This document shows positions 8,293 through 16,938 of a stretch of 33,643 nt of DNA, piece by piece. Origin of the DNA: Candidatus Woesearchaeota archaeon (lineage in GTDB: Archaea; Nanobdellota; Nanobdellia; Pacearchaeales; GW2011-AR1); assembly GCA_964364885.1 (NCBI GenBank), contig CAYIOA010000003.1:1558-35200 (forward strand), read 5' to 3'. Under the pieces are notes generated by a model. That model did no database searches. It had not been told where the DNA came from and worked only from the letters and a program-made list of their open reading frames with translations. The translations under genes were made by a program, and so were the position numbers. Each line of letters begins with the position of its first letter. Position 1 is the first letter of the stretch.

Positions 8293-9093
8293 CTATAAAA
8301 ATAATATGCGGGAATTTTTGTTCTCAGATATTATTAGTATATCGGCGCGATATCTGAACCTGTAAGGACCTATATCGCCTGCTTTTTTAATTTTTAAAAT
8401 TTTTACTTTCTTTCTGGATTTTTCTGCCTCTGTTATAATTAACTCCTTGAGATTGTTAGCTTCTTTTTCTTCATAAAATCCATAGTAATGTATAATTCCT
8501 CCTTTCTTAACAATGGAAAAGGCTACATCCAAAAAAGAATCTCTTAAATTGGGGCGCGCCATTACAATTCTGTCAAATTTTTCTTTCAATGAGGGGACTT
8601 TTTTTCTGACATCTCCCTGTATTATTTCAACATTATGCAGTTTATTTCTTTTTACATTCTCCTTCGCATATTTGTTACAATCTTTTCCCAGCTCGATAGA
8701 AACTACTTTTTTTGGCTTGGATAATTTGCCAATAATAACAGCGTAAGGCGCAACTCCGCCGAACATGACTAAAATATTTTCATCTTTTTTAACCATCTTT
8801 GCTATTTCTAATCTTTCTGATGCAAGCCTCGGAGAGAAATAGCAAGTGTCTGCATTTAGCCTGAACGTGCAGCAATTTTCTTTGTACAAAGCTTCTTTTG
8901 TTTTCTCCCCAAGAAGATATTTTGTTTTTTGTGTTCTCAATCTGCCTTTAAACTTTCCGTATTTTTCCAGAACAGTCCTGACGTTTTTATGCTCTTTCAG
9001 CAGTCTCCCGGCAAATCTCTTTTTTTCTTTTGATTTATCACCGCGCTTAAATTTTACAATCGCGATATTTCCTACTACGTCGTAATTAGCCAT
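8293..9093 (-). CDS. Trm5/Taw2 (Met10+-like) SAM-dependent tRNA modification enzyme
   Basis: YDVVGNIAI, YFSPRLASER, MFGGVAPY, N...N, GDVR, FDRIVM, GGIIHYY. Confidence 0.85.
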   Translation of the reverse strand: MANYDVVGNIAIVKFKRGDKSKEKKRFAGRLLKEHKNVRTVLEKYGKFKGRLRTQKTKYLLGEKTKEALYKENCCTFRLNADTCYFSPRLASERLEIAKMVKKDENILVMFGGVAPYAVIIGKLSKPKKVVSIELGKDCNKYAKENVKRNKLHNVEIIQGDVRKKVPSLKEKFDRIVMARPNLRDSFLDVAFSIVKKGGIIHYYGFYEEKEANNLKELIITEAEKSRKKVKILKIKKAGDIGPYRFRYRADILIISENKNSRILFL

Positions 9094-9199
9094 TTATGGA
9101 AAAATTAAACAAATTATATAAATGTTTATTAATCGCAGAAATGCAGATTAGAAGAAAGATTTATAAGTAAAAAATCCTTTAGAAAAGGATAAAAAGAGT

Positions 9200-9457
9200 A
9201 TGGTGAATAAATTAATAGGTTATATTCTGTCTGTGGTTGGAATAATCGGGCTAGCTGCGTATACAGTTCCTTTTGTAAGAAGTTATATTCCTCTTCCTCC
9301 TCAGATTGATGACACGATTCTGGTTATTATCTCCAGCGTATTGGTTATAGTTGGTCTTTTTTTAGCCTTAAAGGGCGGTTCGCCACGGAGGAAAAAGGGA
9401 GCTGAGGTTCCGATTTATTCTGGAAAAGATATTGTTGGATATAGAAGGATGAAATAA
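9200..9457 (+). CDS. Small two-TM membrane protein
   Basis: Two hydrophobic segments and a basic tail ending EVPIYSGKDIVGYRR. Confidence 0.75.
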   Translation: MVNKLIGYILSVVGIIGLAAYTVPFVRSYIPLPPQIDDTILVIISSVLVIVGLFLALKGGSPRRKKGAEVPIYSGKDIVGYRRMK

Positions 9458-9487
9458 TTAGAAAGAAAAGGTATATTTCTGAGATAT

Positions 9488-10156
9488 CTAAAATTCTTTT
9501 TTGTGCGTTTCTGCTATTGTGCTGATTATCTTTCTGCTTCTTTCTGTTCTCTCTCTTTCTGCTTCTTCTTTTTGACGTATTATTTTCTTCTTTAATTTCA
9601 TGCCTAACCGTTCAAAAACAAGAGCAAGAATTATGGCAATTATAAAACTTAAAATAGCTATCCAGAAGTTATTAAGAATGAAGGATAATAATTCAACTGA
9701 TTTTTTTATTATTCCGGAGAGACCAATAAGAGAGGCTGTTAAAAATCCGCCTAAGATTCCCAGATTTGTGCTTCCAAAGAAAGCAGTAAATGGATGAACA
9801 AGAAATATAAATAATGCTGTCCAGACAACTACCGCGAAAAGAAAAGACCAGGATAAAGAGTACTCTACTCCTAGAACAATTTTAAATATTGGGCTAAAAA
9901 TCTTTACAATATCACTTATTTTGATTAATATCTTACCGCCTTTATTTTTTGATAATATTTTCTCCCATTCCTGCTTAAGATATGCGGTTTTGTCCTGCTG
10001 CTCCTGAATTTCCTGTATTTTTTCATGGCCCTCTTGTATATCTTTGACAAGCGGAGCTTCTTTTATTCCTGGAGTCTCTTGCGCAAAAATATTTTCCTGG
10101 GCTATTATTGATAATAAAAACAGAAAGATAAGCAAGAATGTTCTTTTATTCATCAA
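9488..10156 (-). CDS. Hypothetical multi-pass membrane protein
   Basis: Signal-peptide-like N-terminus, about 3-4 hydrophobic segments, charged helical C-terminus. Confidence 0.75.
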   Translation of the reverse strand: MMNKRTFLLIFLFLLSIIAQENIFAQETPGIKEAPLVKDIQEGHEKIQEIQEQQDKTAYLKQEWEKILSKNKGGKILIKISDIVKIFSPIFKIVLGVEYSLSWSFLFAVVVWTALFIFLVHPFTAFFGSTNLGILGGFLTASLIGLSGIIKKSVELLSFILNNFWIAILSFIIAIILALVFERLGMKLKKKIIRQKEEAERERTERSRKIISTIAETHKKEF

Positions 10157-10185
10157 TTATGTAAGAAAAAGGAATTTTTAAACGT

Positions 10186-10902
10186 TTATTCTGCACCATA
10201 ACTTGATTCTAGCTCTCTTCTTTGCAGCTGGTGAAGTACTTTTGCTCTTGATGCTACTCTTTCTCCTCTCTCTTCCAGATCATTTATATCTCCCTTAAAT
10301 ATCATCTTTCTAAGCCCGCCTAGAAATATAACTATCAGGGCTCCTGCAAGCATTGCTGCCAGATAAGGAATGTATTCAGGCCAGGGAACGCTTGTGTCTA
10401 ATGTTCCAATTTTGTAAATGAAAATCGCGAAATAATAAATAATATAGAAAATCCAGGTTACTCTAGCTATTAAAATACTCTCTGTTATCCTGAGACTGAA
10501 ATAGAGAAGAATTATTAATGGTATCACTGCCAGTATTGCTGCTCCCATTGCCCCATATTGGAGGACAATTGCTTCTACAAAATTTTCAGGCAGATAGATA
10601 AAAGATAGGAGTACTACAATTAGAGAAACTGCTCCTCCAAACAATCTTCCCCAGCTCTTGCCTTTTTTACCGAATACTTCCATTACGATACTGTAAATAA
10701 CTATCCAAAGAAGAATTCCTAATAACAATGTTGAGAGGGCTGTTGGGTTTAATTTGAGGGTGTCAAGAAAATCAACTATGCCTGAAGCAGCGGTTTTTCC
10801 CCAGCTCCTTGCAATTGTTTCTTGCGCGCTGATTAAGTTTAGCGAGGATAATAAAACTAGGGAAAATAAAAATGAGATTTTAATTAAACTCTTTTTTATC
10901 AT
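10186..10902 (-). CDS. Hypothetical multi-pass membrane protein
   Basis: Signal peptide (LISA-QE), about 5 TM segments, charged C-terminal helix. Confidence 0.78.
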   Translation of the reverse strand: MIKKSLIKISFLFSLVLLSSLNLISAQETIARSWGKTAASGIVDFLDTLKLNPTALSTLLLGILLWIVIYSIVMEVFGKKGKSWGRLFGGAVSLIVVLLSFIYLPENFVEAIVLQYGAMGAAILAVIPLIILLYFSLRITESILIARVTWIFYIIYYFAIFIYKIGTLDTSVPWPEYIPYLAAMLAGALIVIFLGGLRKMIFKGDINDLEERGERVASRAKVLHQLQRRELESSYGAE

Positions 10903-10995
10903 GCTTCTTATAATTACAAGATAGTTTATAAATATTTTGCTTATTTTCTCCTCTGTCGCAGTAAAGCTTAAATACTAATTTTGTATATATATCGC

Positions 10996-11796
10996 ATGAA
11001 GTTATTAAAAGAGATTAAGATATTTATATTATTTATTTTTTTGATGGGCAATATAACTCTGGTTTCTGCGGCATTTAGAGATGATTTTAATAGTGCTGTT
11101 GGCGGGGCAGGAGAAGGAATAAAATATTTATTCGGGGATGTCAGCGGAATTAGCGGAGCTGCTCCAGGAGAAGTTTTATTCGTTAAACTTCTTGTTTTTA
11201 TTTTGTTGTTGTCTATTATTCATACGGCTTTGGAGAGAATACCTCAAATTGGAGACAGAAGAGGGGTTATTCTTGTCATTTCTATTGTAGTCTCCATACT
11301 TGCAGTAAGGTTTATCACTACCGAGAGTCTTATTAATTTTATTTGGCTGCCTTATGGAGTTCTTGGTGTTGTACTATCTACACTTTTGCCATTTATAATC
11401 GGGTTTTATTTCATAGAAGGATTTGACAGCACAATTATCCGCAAGCTCGGATGGACTACATATCTTGTTATATTCTTGGGATTAGCTTATATGAGATGGG
11501 ATAGTTTAAAAACAGGGGCAGAATGGTATCAGAATCTTGGATTAATGTATGTTGCTATCGCAGTTATTTCTGGTCTTTTGATAATTTTTGATAGAGATAT
11601 TAGGGCTATAATGTTTAAGAGGTCTTTAATGGACGCAACAGACAGAAATGCAAGAGTTCAGGCAGCAAATATTTCTGCTGATATAGAGGATCTTCAGCAT
11701 ACTCTTGCCAGAACTAGTGACCCTACTGCTAGACAAAGTGTACAGAATCAGATTAGGTCAAAGGAAAGAGCGCTGAGAGGATTATTAAAACCGTAG
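10996..11796 (+). CDS. Hypothetical multi-pass membrane protein, probable paralogue of 10186..10902
   Basis: Signal peptide (LVSA-AF), about 5 TM segments, coiled-coil-like C-terminus. The ATG at 10996 lies 29 nt after CTTAAATA. Confidence 0.78.
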   Translation: MKLLKEIKIFILFIFLMGNITLVSAAFRDDFNSAVGGAGEGIKYLFGDVSGISGAAPGEVLFVKLLVFILLLSIIHTALERIPQIGDRRGVILVISIVVSILAVRFITTESLINFIWLPYGVLGVVLSTLLPFIIGFYFIEGFDSTIIRKLGWTTYLVIFLGLAYMRWDSLKTGAEWYQNLGLMYVAIAVISGLLIIFDRDIRAIMFKRSLMDATDRNARVQAANISADIEDLQHTLARTSDPTARQSVQNQIRSKERALRGLLKP

Positions 11797-11848
11797 TTTT
11801 AGCTTAATTTAATCTTTTTTGGTCCGCCAATGTACCAATCACCTAATT

Positions 11849-12292
11849 TTATTTTCTTACTTTCTTCTGCTTCTCTAGAAAATTTGTTGTTTCCTTGATA
11901 AAAAGCTCAAAATCGTTCAAGCCAGATACTATATTCTCGTATGCTATTTCGTTATTTATTTCTCCATATCTATGAACTAACAAATTTCTAAAACCTCTCA
12001 TTTCCTGTAATTTTTTAGAGAGCGTATGAGAAACTACTCTTTCTTTTTCTGCCAGAACAAAGATATCCTCTTCTTCGTTTGGAGTTTCTTTACCTATATC
12101 AGAAATAATAATTGAGCAAATGTCAAGGCATAGCTGAATAGCAAATTCAACTTCCTTGTACAATTTATTTCTCGCCCCACGGTCCTTCAGCTCTATAAAA
12201 TCACTCGGAAGAAATTCTTTTATATAGACTAATGAATTTTTTAAATCTCTTATTTTCGCACTGATTAGGTTTGCTCTTAATTCTTTTTTCAT
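11849..12292 (-). CDS. hepT: HepT-like HEPN (DUF86) RNase toxin
   Basis: GFRNLLVHRY contains the RX4HXY motif. The gene lies downstream of an MNT gene with a 4-nt overlap. Confidence 0.9.
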   Translation of the reverse strand: MKKELRANLISAKIRDLKNSLVYIKEFLPSDFIELKDRGARNKLYKEVEFAIQLCLDICSIIISDIGKETPNEEEDIFVLAEKERVVSHTLSKKLQEMRGFRNLLVHRYGEINNEIAYENIVSGLNDFELFIKETTNFLEKQKKVRK

Positions 12293-12672
12293 TTCATTCT
12301 CTCTACTCCGATATAGTCATAATAATATTTCTTGAAATCCTCAAACTCTTCTATTGTTTGATAAGCGACATCATAAACAAAACTCCTGTCTTTTGTGTAA
12401 ATAATTTTTCCTTTCAAAACTTCTTTTCTCACATAGAGCGGCAAGTCCTGAAAAATCTTAACGTCGAATTTATCGGACAGCGAGCTATTCAGCTTGATTA
12501 AAAATTTAAATCTTTCTTTTTTATCGCCTTCGAAATAAACGGCAAAATCATAGTCGGACATTTTATTTGCCTTTCCAGTTGTCTGAGAGCCAAACAAAAT
12601 TACAAACTTCACTTTATGAAAGCCCTTTAGCGCTTTCAGTTTTTTCATAAATAATCTTATTTCTTTTCTCAT
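12289..12672 (-). CDS. mntA: Minimal nucleotidyltransferase (MntA-like antitoxin)
   Basis: LFGSQTTG....SDYDFAV (GSX10DXD motif). Confidence 0.9.
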   Translation of the reverse strand: MRKEIRLFMKKLKALKGFHKVKFVILFGSQTTGKANKMSDYDFAVYFEGDKKERFKFLIKLNSSLSDKFDVKIFQDLPLYVRKEVLKGKIIYTKDRSFVYDVAYQTIEEFEDFKKYYYDYIGVERMK

Positions 12673-12706
12673 AAGATAAACAAGAAATATAAATTTAAAT
12701 AGCTAT

Positions 12707-13714
12707 CTAAAACAGCTTCCTCTGCCCGCTTTCCTTCTTTATTTCATTTAATTTCTCAAGCTGTTTTTCAATTCTCTCGGGGGAGAAATCATGCTCGCTA
12801 ACTAGAATTTTCTTTACATTTTTCTCTTCTAGCTTTGGAAACTTGATTTTAATGGTGTTCACATTCGGCTTTTTAAAGATCTCAAAGATTTCCTGCCAGT
12901 TAAAGTCAAGCTGATGCTCCACCTCGCGAAAAATTTCTACCGGATATTTTTTCGCCTTAACGAGAGCCAAAGCTTTCTTTGGGCCTATGCCCTTAATGCC
13001 TCCGGGATTAAAATCTGTTCCGACTAAAATAGCGAGACAGATTAGTTGGTCTGAGTTGATTTCCAGCTCGTTTAATACGGCAGTGTACTCAATTATCTGG
13101 GGAGAGATGTAAACAAAGCCAGAAGGAGTTTTTCTTTTTCTTGCTAATGTTAAGTTTTGAACCAATCTTCTTCCGCCTACGACTAAGGCATCATAATCCT
13201 GGCTTCCAACTGCGTATGCCTCTCCTTCTTTCACAAGATGGGCGCATTGCATCTCGCCTTCTCCAGGAGCCTGAACAACTGCAATGCCCATTGATTCTAG
13301 AAGGACTTTACTCTCCTCTACTTTTTCTTTATCTAATTTAACGAAACCTCTTGCGTATTTGCCCATTGATTCAATATCCTCTTCCTCTTTAGCAAGCTCG
13401 TATTTTGCCCGCGCTTCTTCTTTTGCTTCTGAGCGTATTTCATGAGTTCTGCCTTTCAGCTTATGATATTCGCCATCGAAAACATAAATTAATTTTATTC
13501 CTTCTGATAACAAAGCAATATTCCTGTAAAACAATCCAGATAAATGAGAAGTGACTCTTTTTTTAGAGTCCATTAAAGGAGTTCCATCTGGCTGTCTTAT
13601 TGAACTTAAAAACTGATAAATTGCGTTATAAGCATCGACTGCAATTATTCTTCCTTTTAATTCATTAAACGCCACGTCCTTTCTTGGGACTATCTCCCCT
13701 ATCTGTAAACCCAT
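12707..13714 (-). CDS. fen: Flap endonuclease 1
   Basis: DAYNAIYQFLSSIRQPDGTPL, YVFDG, APGEGE, SQDYD, GTDFNPGGIKGIGPK. C-terminal PIP-like QRKLF. Confidence 0.97.
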   Translation of the reverse strand: MGLQIGEIVPRKDVAFNELKGRIIAVDAYNAIYQFLSSIRQPDGTPLMDSKKRVTSHLSGLFYRNIALLSEGIKLIYVFDGEYHKLKGRTHEIRSEAKEEARAKYELAKEEEDIESMGKYARGFVKLDKEKVEESKVLLESMGIAVVQAPGEGEMQCAHLVKEGEAYAVGSQDYDALVVGGRRLVQNLTLARKRKTPSGFVYISPQIIEYTAVLNELEINSDQLICLAILVGTDFNPGGIKGIGPKKALALVKAKKYPVEIFREVEHQLDFNWQEIFEIFKKPNVNTIKIKFPKLEEKNVKKILVSEHDFSPERIEKQLEKLNEIKKESGQRKLF

Positions 13715-13748
13715 TAAAATAGCAGGAAAAGGAGATTAATAAAATTAT

Positions 13749-14141
13749 TTATCTTTTCCTCGAATAGTTGGCAAGACTCCTGAAAGTAGCTCCAACTTTG
13801 ACATTTTCAAAATTAGTGATAGGCTGTTTTCCGCTGTCCCGAAATCTTGGGAAGTATTTTTTCAGCAGACCCGCCTTTGCGTCTGCGTCCTCGTCTAGAT
13901 TATCAAGATTCAATCCAGAAGCTCTGACCTCGCAGAGAAAAGCTTTGTATTTATTGCCTCTCGCTTCTGGTAGAGAATTTTCCCGAACTATCTGCTCGGT
14001 CATTCCGCGCTCATAGAGAAATTCGTCTTCTGGAGCTATCCCGCTCTCTGAGCAAAGCACCAAATAACCCAAACCGTCCTGGCGGGCCAGGGCTTCTCTT
14101 CTTTCTTCTTCTATTTGAGCAAGTTTTCTTTTATAATACAT
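13749..14141 (-). CDS. Hypothetical protein
   Basis: 130-aa ORF with a minus-strand TTTATAAA about 29 nt upstream. No recognised motif. Confidence 0.65.
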   Translation of the reverse strand: MYYKRKLAQIEEERREALARQDGLGYLVLCSESGIAPEDEFLYERGMTEQIVRENSLPEARGNKYKAFLCEVRASGLNLDNLDEDADAKAGLLKKYFPRFRDSGKQPITNFENVKVGATFRSLANYSRKR

Positions 14142-14183
14142 GGGAATATTAAAAAAACACGATTTATAAATCTTTTTAGGAGC

Positions 14184-14525
14184 TTAATGAATTTTCAGAT
14201 AATCTTTTTCAGAACTAACACTTAGTCCAAGCTGCACCAATTCTTCCTTCATACTCATCAAACACTGGCTTTTATATTCGGATGGAATTTCTCTTTCAGT
14301 GCTCCTGCAGACGAAACCTGTTTCGCCTAAAACGCCTTTACTTCTGTTTTCCATGGATAAAAGCCGGTATTTCACAGCAAACCCTATAGGACATTTAGAA
14401 ACATCTGCTTTTATTTCGAGCTCTGCCCTGCCGCATCTTTTTTTCGCTCGGGCAACAGCTGATTCAACAACTTCGGCAAAATCCCTAAAAGTAAAGGTGA
14501 GATTATAATTTCTTTGCCTGTCCAT
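14184..14525 (-). CDS. Hypothetical protein
   Basis: 113-aa ORF with a minus-strand TTTAAAAA about 29 nt upstream. Confidence 0.6.
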   Translation of the reverse strand: MDRQRNYNLTFTFRDFAEVVESAVARAKKRCGRAELEIKADVSKCPIGFAVKYRLLSMENRSKGVLGETGFVCRSTEREIPSEYKSQCLMSMKEELVQLGLSVSSEKDYLKIH

Positions 14526-14606
14526 TTTGTATTTATAGTTTATAGGTTTTTAAATTTAATTAGATTAAATCATATAACTTAAAAACATCAGTATACTAAT
14601 AAAAAC

Positions 14607-16937
14607 ATGAAAGGCTACATTGTATATTCAACGTATGATACATTAAATAACGAGGGGGTTATTCAATTGTTTGGGAGACTTGAAAACGGAGAGTCGTTTG
14701 CAACAATAAACAAAATAGAGCCGTATTTTTTTGTCAAGAAAGAGGAAGAGAAAAAGATGAGGGGGCTGATAAAAAATGCGAAAGTAGAGGATACTAATTT
14801 AACAACTTTTGATAATAAAAAAGTGATAAGAGTTTCATTTGAAAATAATTCTGAATTAAATGCTGGAGTAAAGGCAATCTCAAAAAAAGTCCTGACATTT
14901 GAGGCAGATATCAGACCGCATTATAGATTTATGATAGACAATGACTTGTTAGGAAGCTTGGAAATTGAAGGCGATTATGACTCCTCGGAAAAAATAGACC
15001 GGGTTTACAAAGAACCAAAAATATCCCCAATTGAGTTTAAACCAAAATTAAAAATTGCCTCTATTGATATAGAATCTGATAAAAAAACCGGGAAATTATT
15101 TTGCATTGGAGTTTATTCAGAGAATTACAGGAAAAGCTTTATGATAACTGAGCATAAACTTACAAACACTATCTCCTGCAAGAATGAAGAGGAATGCTTG
15201 GAGAGATTCAGGAATGAATTGATAAAATTAGATCCTGATATAATAACTGGATGGAATGTCATAGACTTTGATTTAGCTTATTTAAAAGAGCTTTTTAGAA
15301 AGAATAAGATAGAGTTTGATTTGGGAAGAACAAATGAAGAAGCGAAAATTAGAATAGAGTCTAACTTTTTTAGATCATCGTCAGCAGATGTACCCGGAAG
15401 ACAGGTGCTTGACGGCTTGAACTTAATAAAAGATCCATTTATAAAAGAGGCTCCTTCGATAAAAAAAGCAAAATACGACTCTCTTACATTGGAGGATGTG
15501 TCGCAGGCTGTTCTTAAGAGAGGCAAAATGATAAGAGGAAAAGATAGGCATGATGAAATTGGAGAGATGTATAAAGAGAATACAGAAAAAAGCCATCAAA
15601 GTCTCGCGGATTACAACTTGAATGACTGCGAACTTGTATATGAAATATTAAAGGAAACAAAAATAGTTGAATTAGCTGTTGAGCGCTCGCAATTAACAGG
15701 CATGCCATTGGACAGAATTACCGGCTCTATTGCTTCTTTTGATTCTTTATATATCAGAGAGGCTCATAAGAGGGGTTTTGTCTCTCCAACAATGAACTAC
15801 AAACAAAAAGAGGAAAGAATACGAGGAGGATATGTCCAATCGCTAAATCCTGGAATTTATAAAAATGTTCTTGTCTTAGATTTTAAATCCCTGTATCCTT
15901 CTATAATAAGGACGTTTAACATTGACCCTGCATCTTTTCTGAAAAAAAAGGAGAAGGGAAGTATTGAAGCGCCGAATGGAGCCTGGTTCAGAAACCAAGA
16001 AGGAATTTTACCCAGCATAATAGAGAGATTGCATAAAGAAAGGGAAAAAGCTAAAAAAGAAAAAAGAGAATTCTCAAGCTACGCAATAAAGACTATAATG
16101 AATTCTTTTTTCGGAGTTCTTGCCTCGCCAAACTGCCGTTATTTTGATTTAAAAATGGCGAATGCGATAACGCACTTCGGGCAGTTTATAATTAAACTAA
16201 CTGCAAAAGAGATTGAAAAAGAGGGCTATAAAGTGATATACTCTGATACTGATTCTGTTTTTGTTGAGACAGGCCTAGGCAAGAGCAAGGCTGACTCACT
16301 TGGAGAGGAGATAGAAGATAAAGTGAATAAATTTTATAAAGATTATGTGAGAAAATTCTACAGCCGCGATTCTTTTCTTGAACTGGAGTTTGAGAAACAG
16401 TATATTATGCTAATGATACCCCAGACAAGAGGAAAAGAGATAACTGCTGCCAAGAAAAGGTATGCCGGGCTGATAGAAAAAGATGGAAAGGAGGAACTTG
16501 ATATAGTTGGTTTAGAAGCAATTCGGGGGGACTGGACAGAAGCGGCGCAAGAATTTCAAAAGGAACTCTTGATTAAATTATTTCATGACGAGCCGGTTGA
16601 GAAATTTATTAAAGAATTTATTAAAAAAATCAGAGAGGGAAAACTCGATAATATGCTTGTTTACAGGAAGTCGATAAGAAAGTCTCTTGAAGAATACACT
16701 AAAACAACGCCTCCGCATGTTAAAGCAGCCAGACAGCTTGATAATTTAGAGTCAAATGTTATAGAATATTATGTAACTGTTGAGGGCCCTGAGCCAATAC
16801 AAAAATTGAAGCATAAAATTGATTACGAGCATTATATTGAAAAACAGATTCAGCCAATAGCAAATCAAATTTTAATACTTTTTAACAAGTCATTTGAAGA
16901 ATTGTTTCAAAGAGTAAAACAAAGTAAATTATTCTGA
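14607..16937 (+). CDS. polB: Family B DNA polymerase, DNA polymerase II-like
   Basis: Exonuclease motifs DIE, GWNVIDFD, YNLND. Polymerase motifs DFKSLYPSIIRTFNIDP, KTIMNSFFG, YSDTDS, KKRYAG. C-terminal QSKLF. Confidence 0.95.
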   Translation: MKGYIVYSTYDTLNNEGVIQLFGRLENGESFATINKIEPYFFVKKEEEKKMRGLIKNAKVEDTNLTTFDNKKVIRVSFENNSELNAGVKAISKKVLTFEADIRPHYRFMIDNDLLGSLEIEGDYDSSEKIDRVYKEPKISPIEFKPKLKIASIDIESDKKTGKLFCIGVYSENYRKSFMITEHKLTNTISCKNEEECLERFRNELIKLDPDIITGWNVIDFDLAYLKELFRKNKIEFDLGRTNEEAKIRIESNFFRSSSADVPGRQVLDGLNLIKDPFIKEAPSIKKAKYDSLTLEDVSQAVLKRGKMIRGKDRHDEIGEMYKENTEKSHQSLADYNLNDCELVYEILKETKIVELAVERSQLTGMPLDRITGSIASFDSLYIREAHKRGFVSPTMNYKQKEERIRGGYVQSLNPGIYKNVLVLDFKSLYPSIIRTFNIDPASFLKKKEKGSIEAPNGAWFRNQEGILPSIIERLHKEREKAKKEKREFSSYAIKTIMNSFFGVLASPNCRYFDLKMANAITHFGQFIIKLTAKEIEKEGYKVIYSDTDSVFVETGLGKSKADSLGEEIEDKVNKFYKDYVRKFYSRDSFLELEFEKQYIMLMIPQTRGKEITAAKKRYAGLIEKDGKEELDIVGLEAIRGDWTEAAQEFQKELLIKLFHDEPVEKFIKEFIKKIREGKLDNMLVYRKSIRKSLEEYTKTTPPHVKAARQLDNLESNVIEYYVTVEGPEPIQKLKHKIDYEHYIEKQIQPIANQILILFNKSFEELFQRVKQSKLF

Positions 16938-16938
16938 A

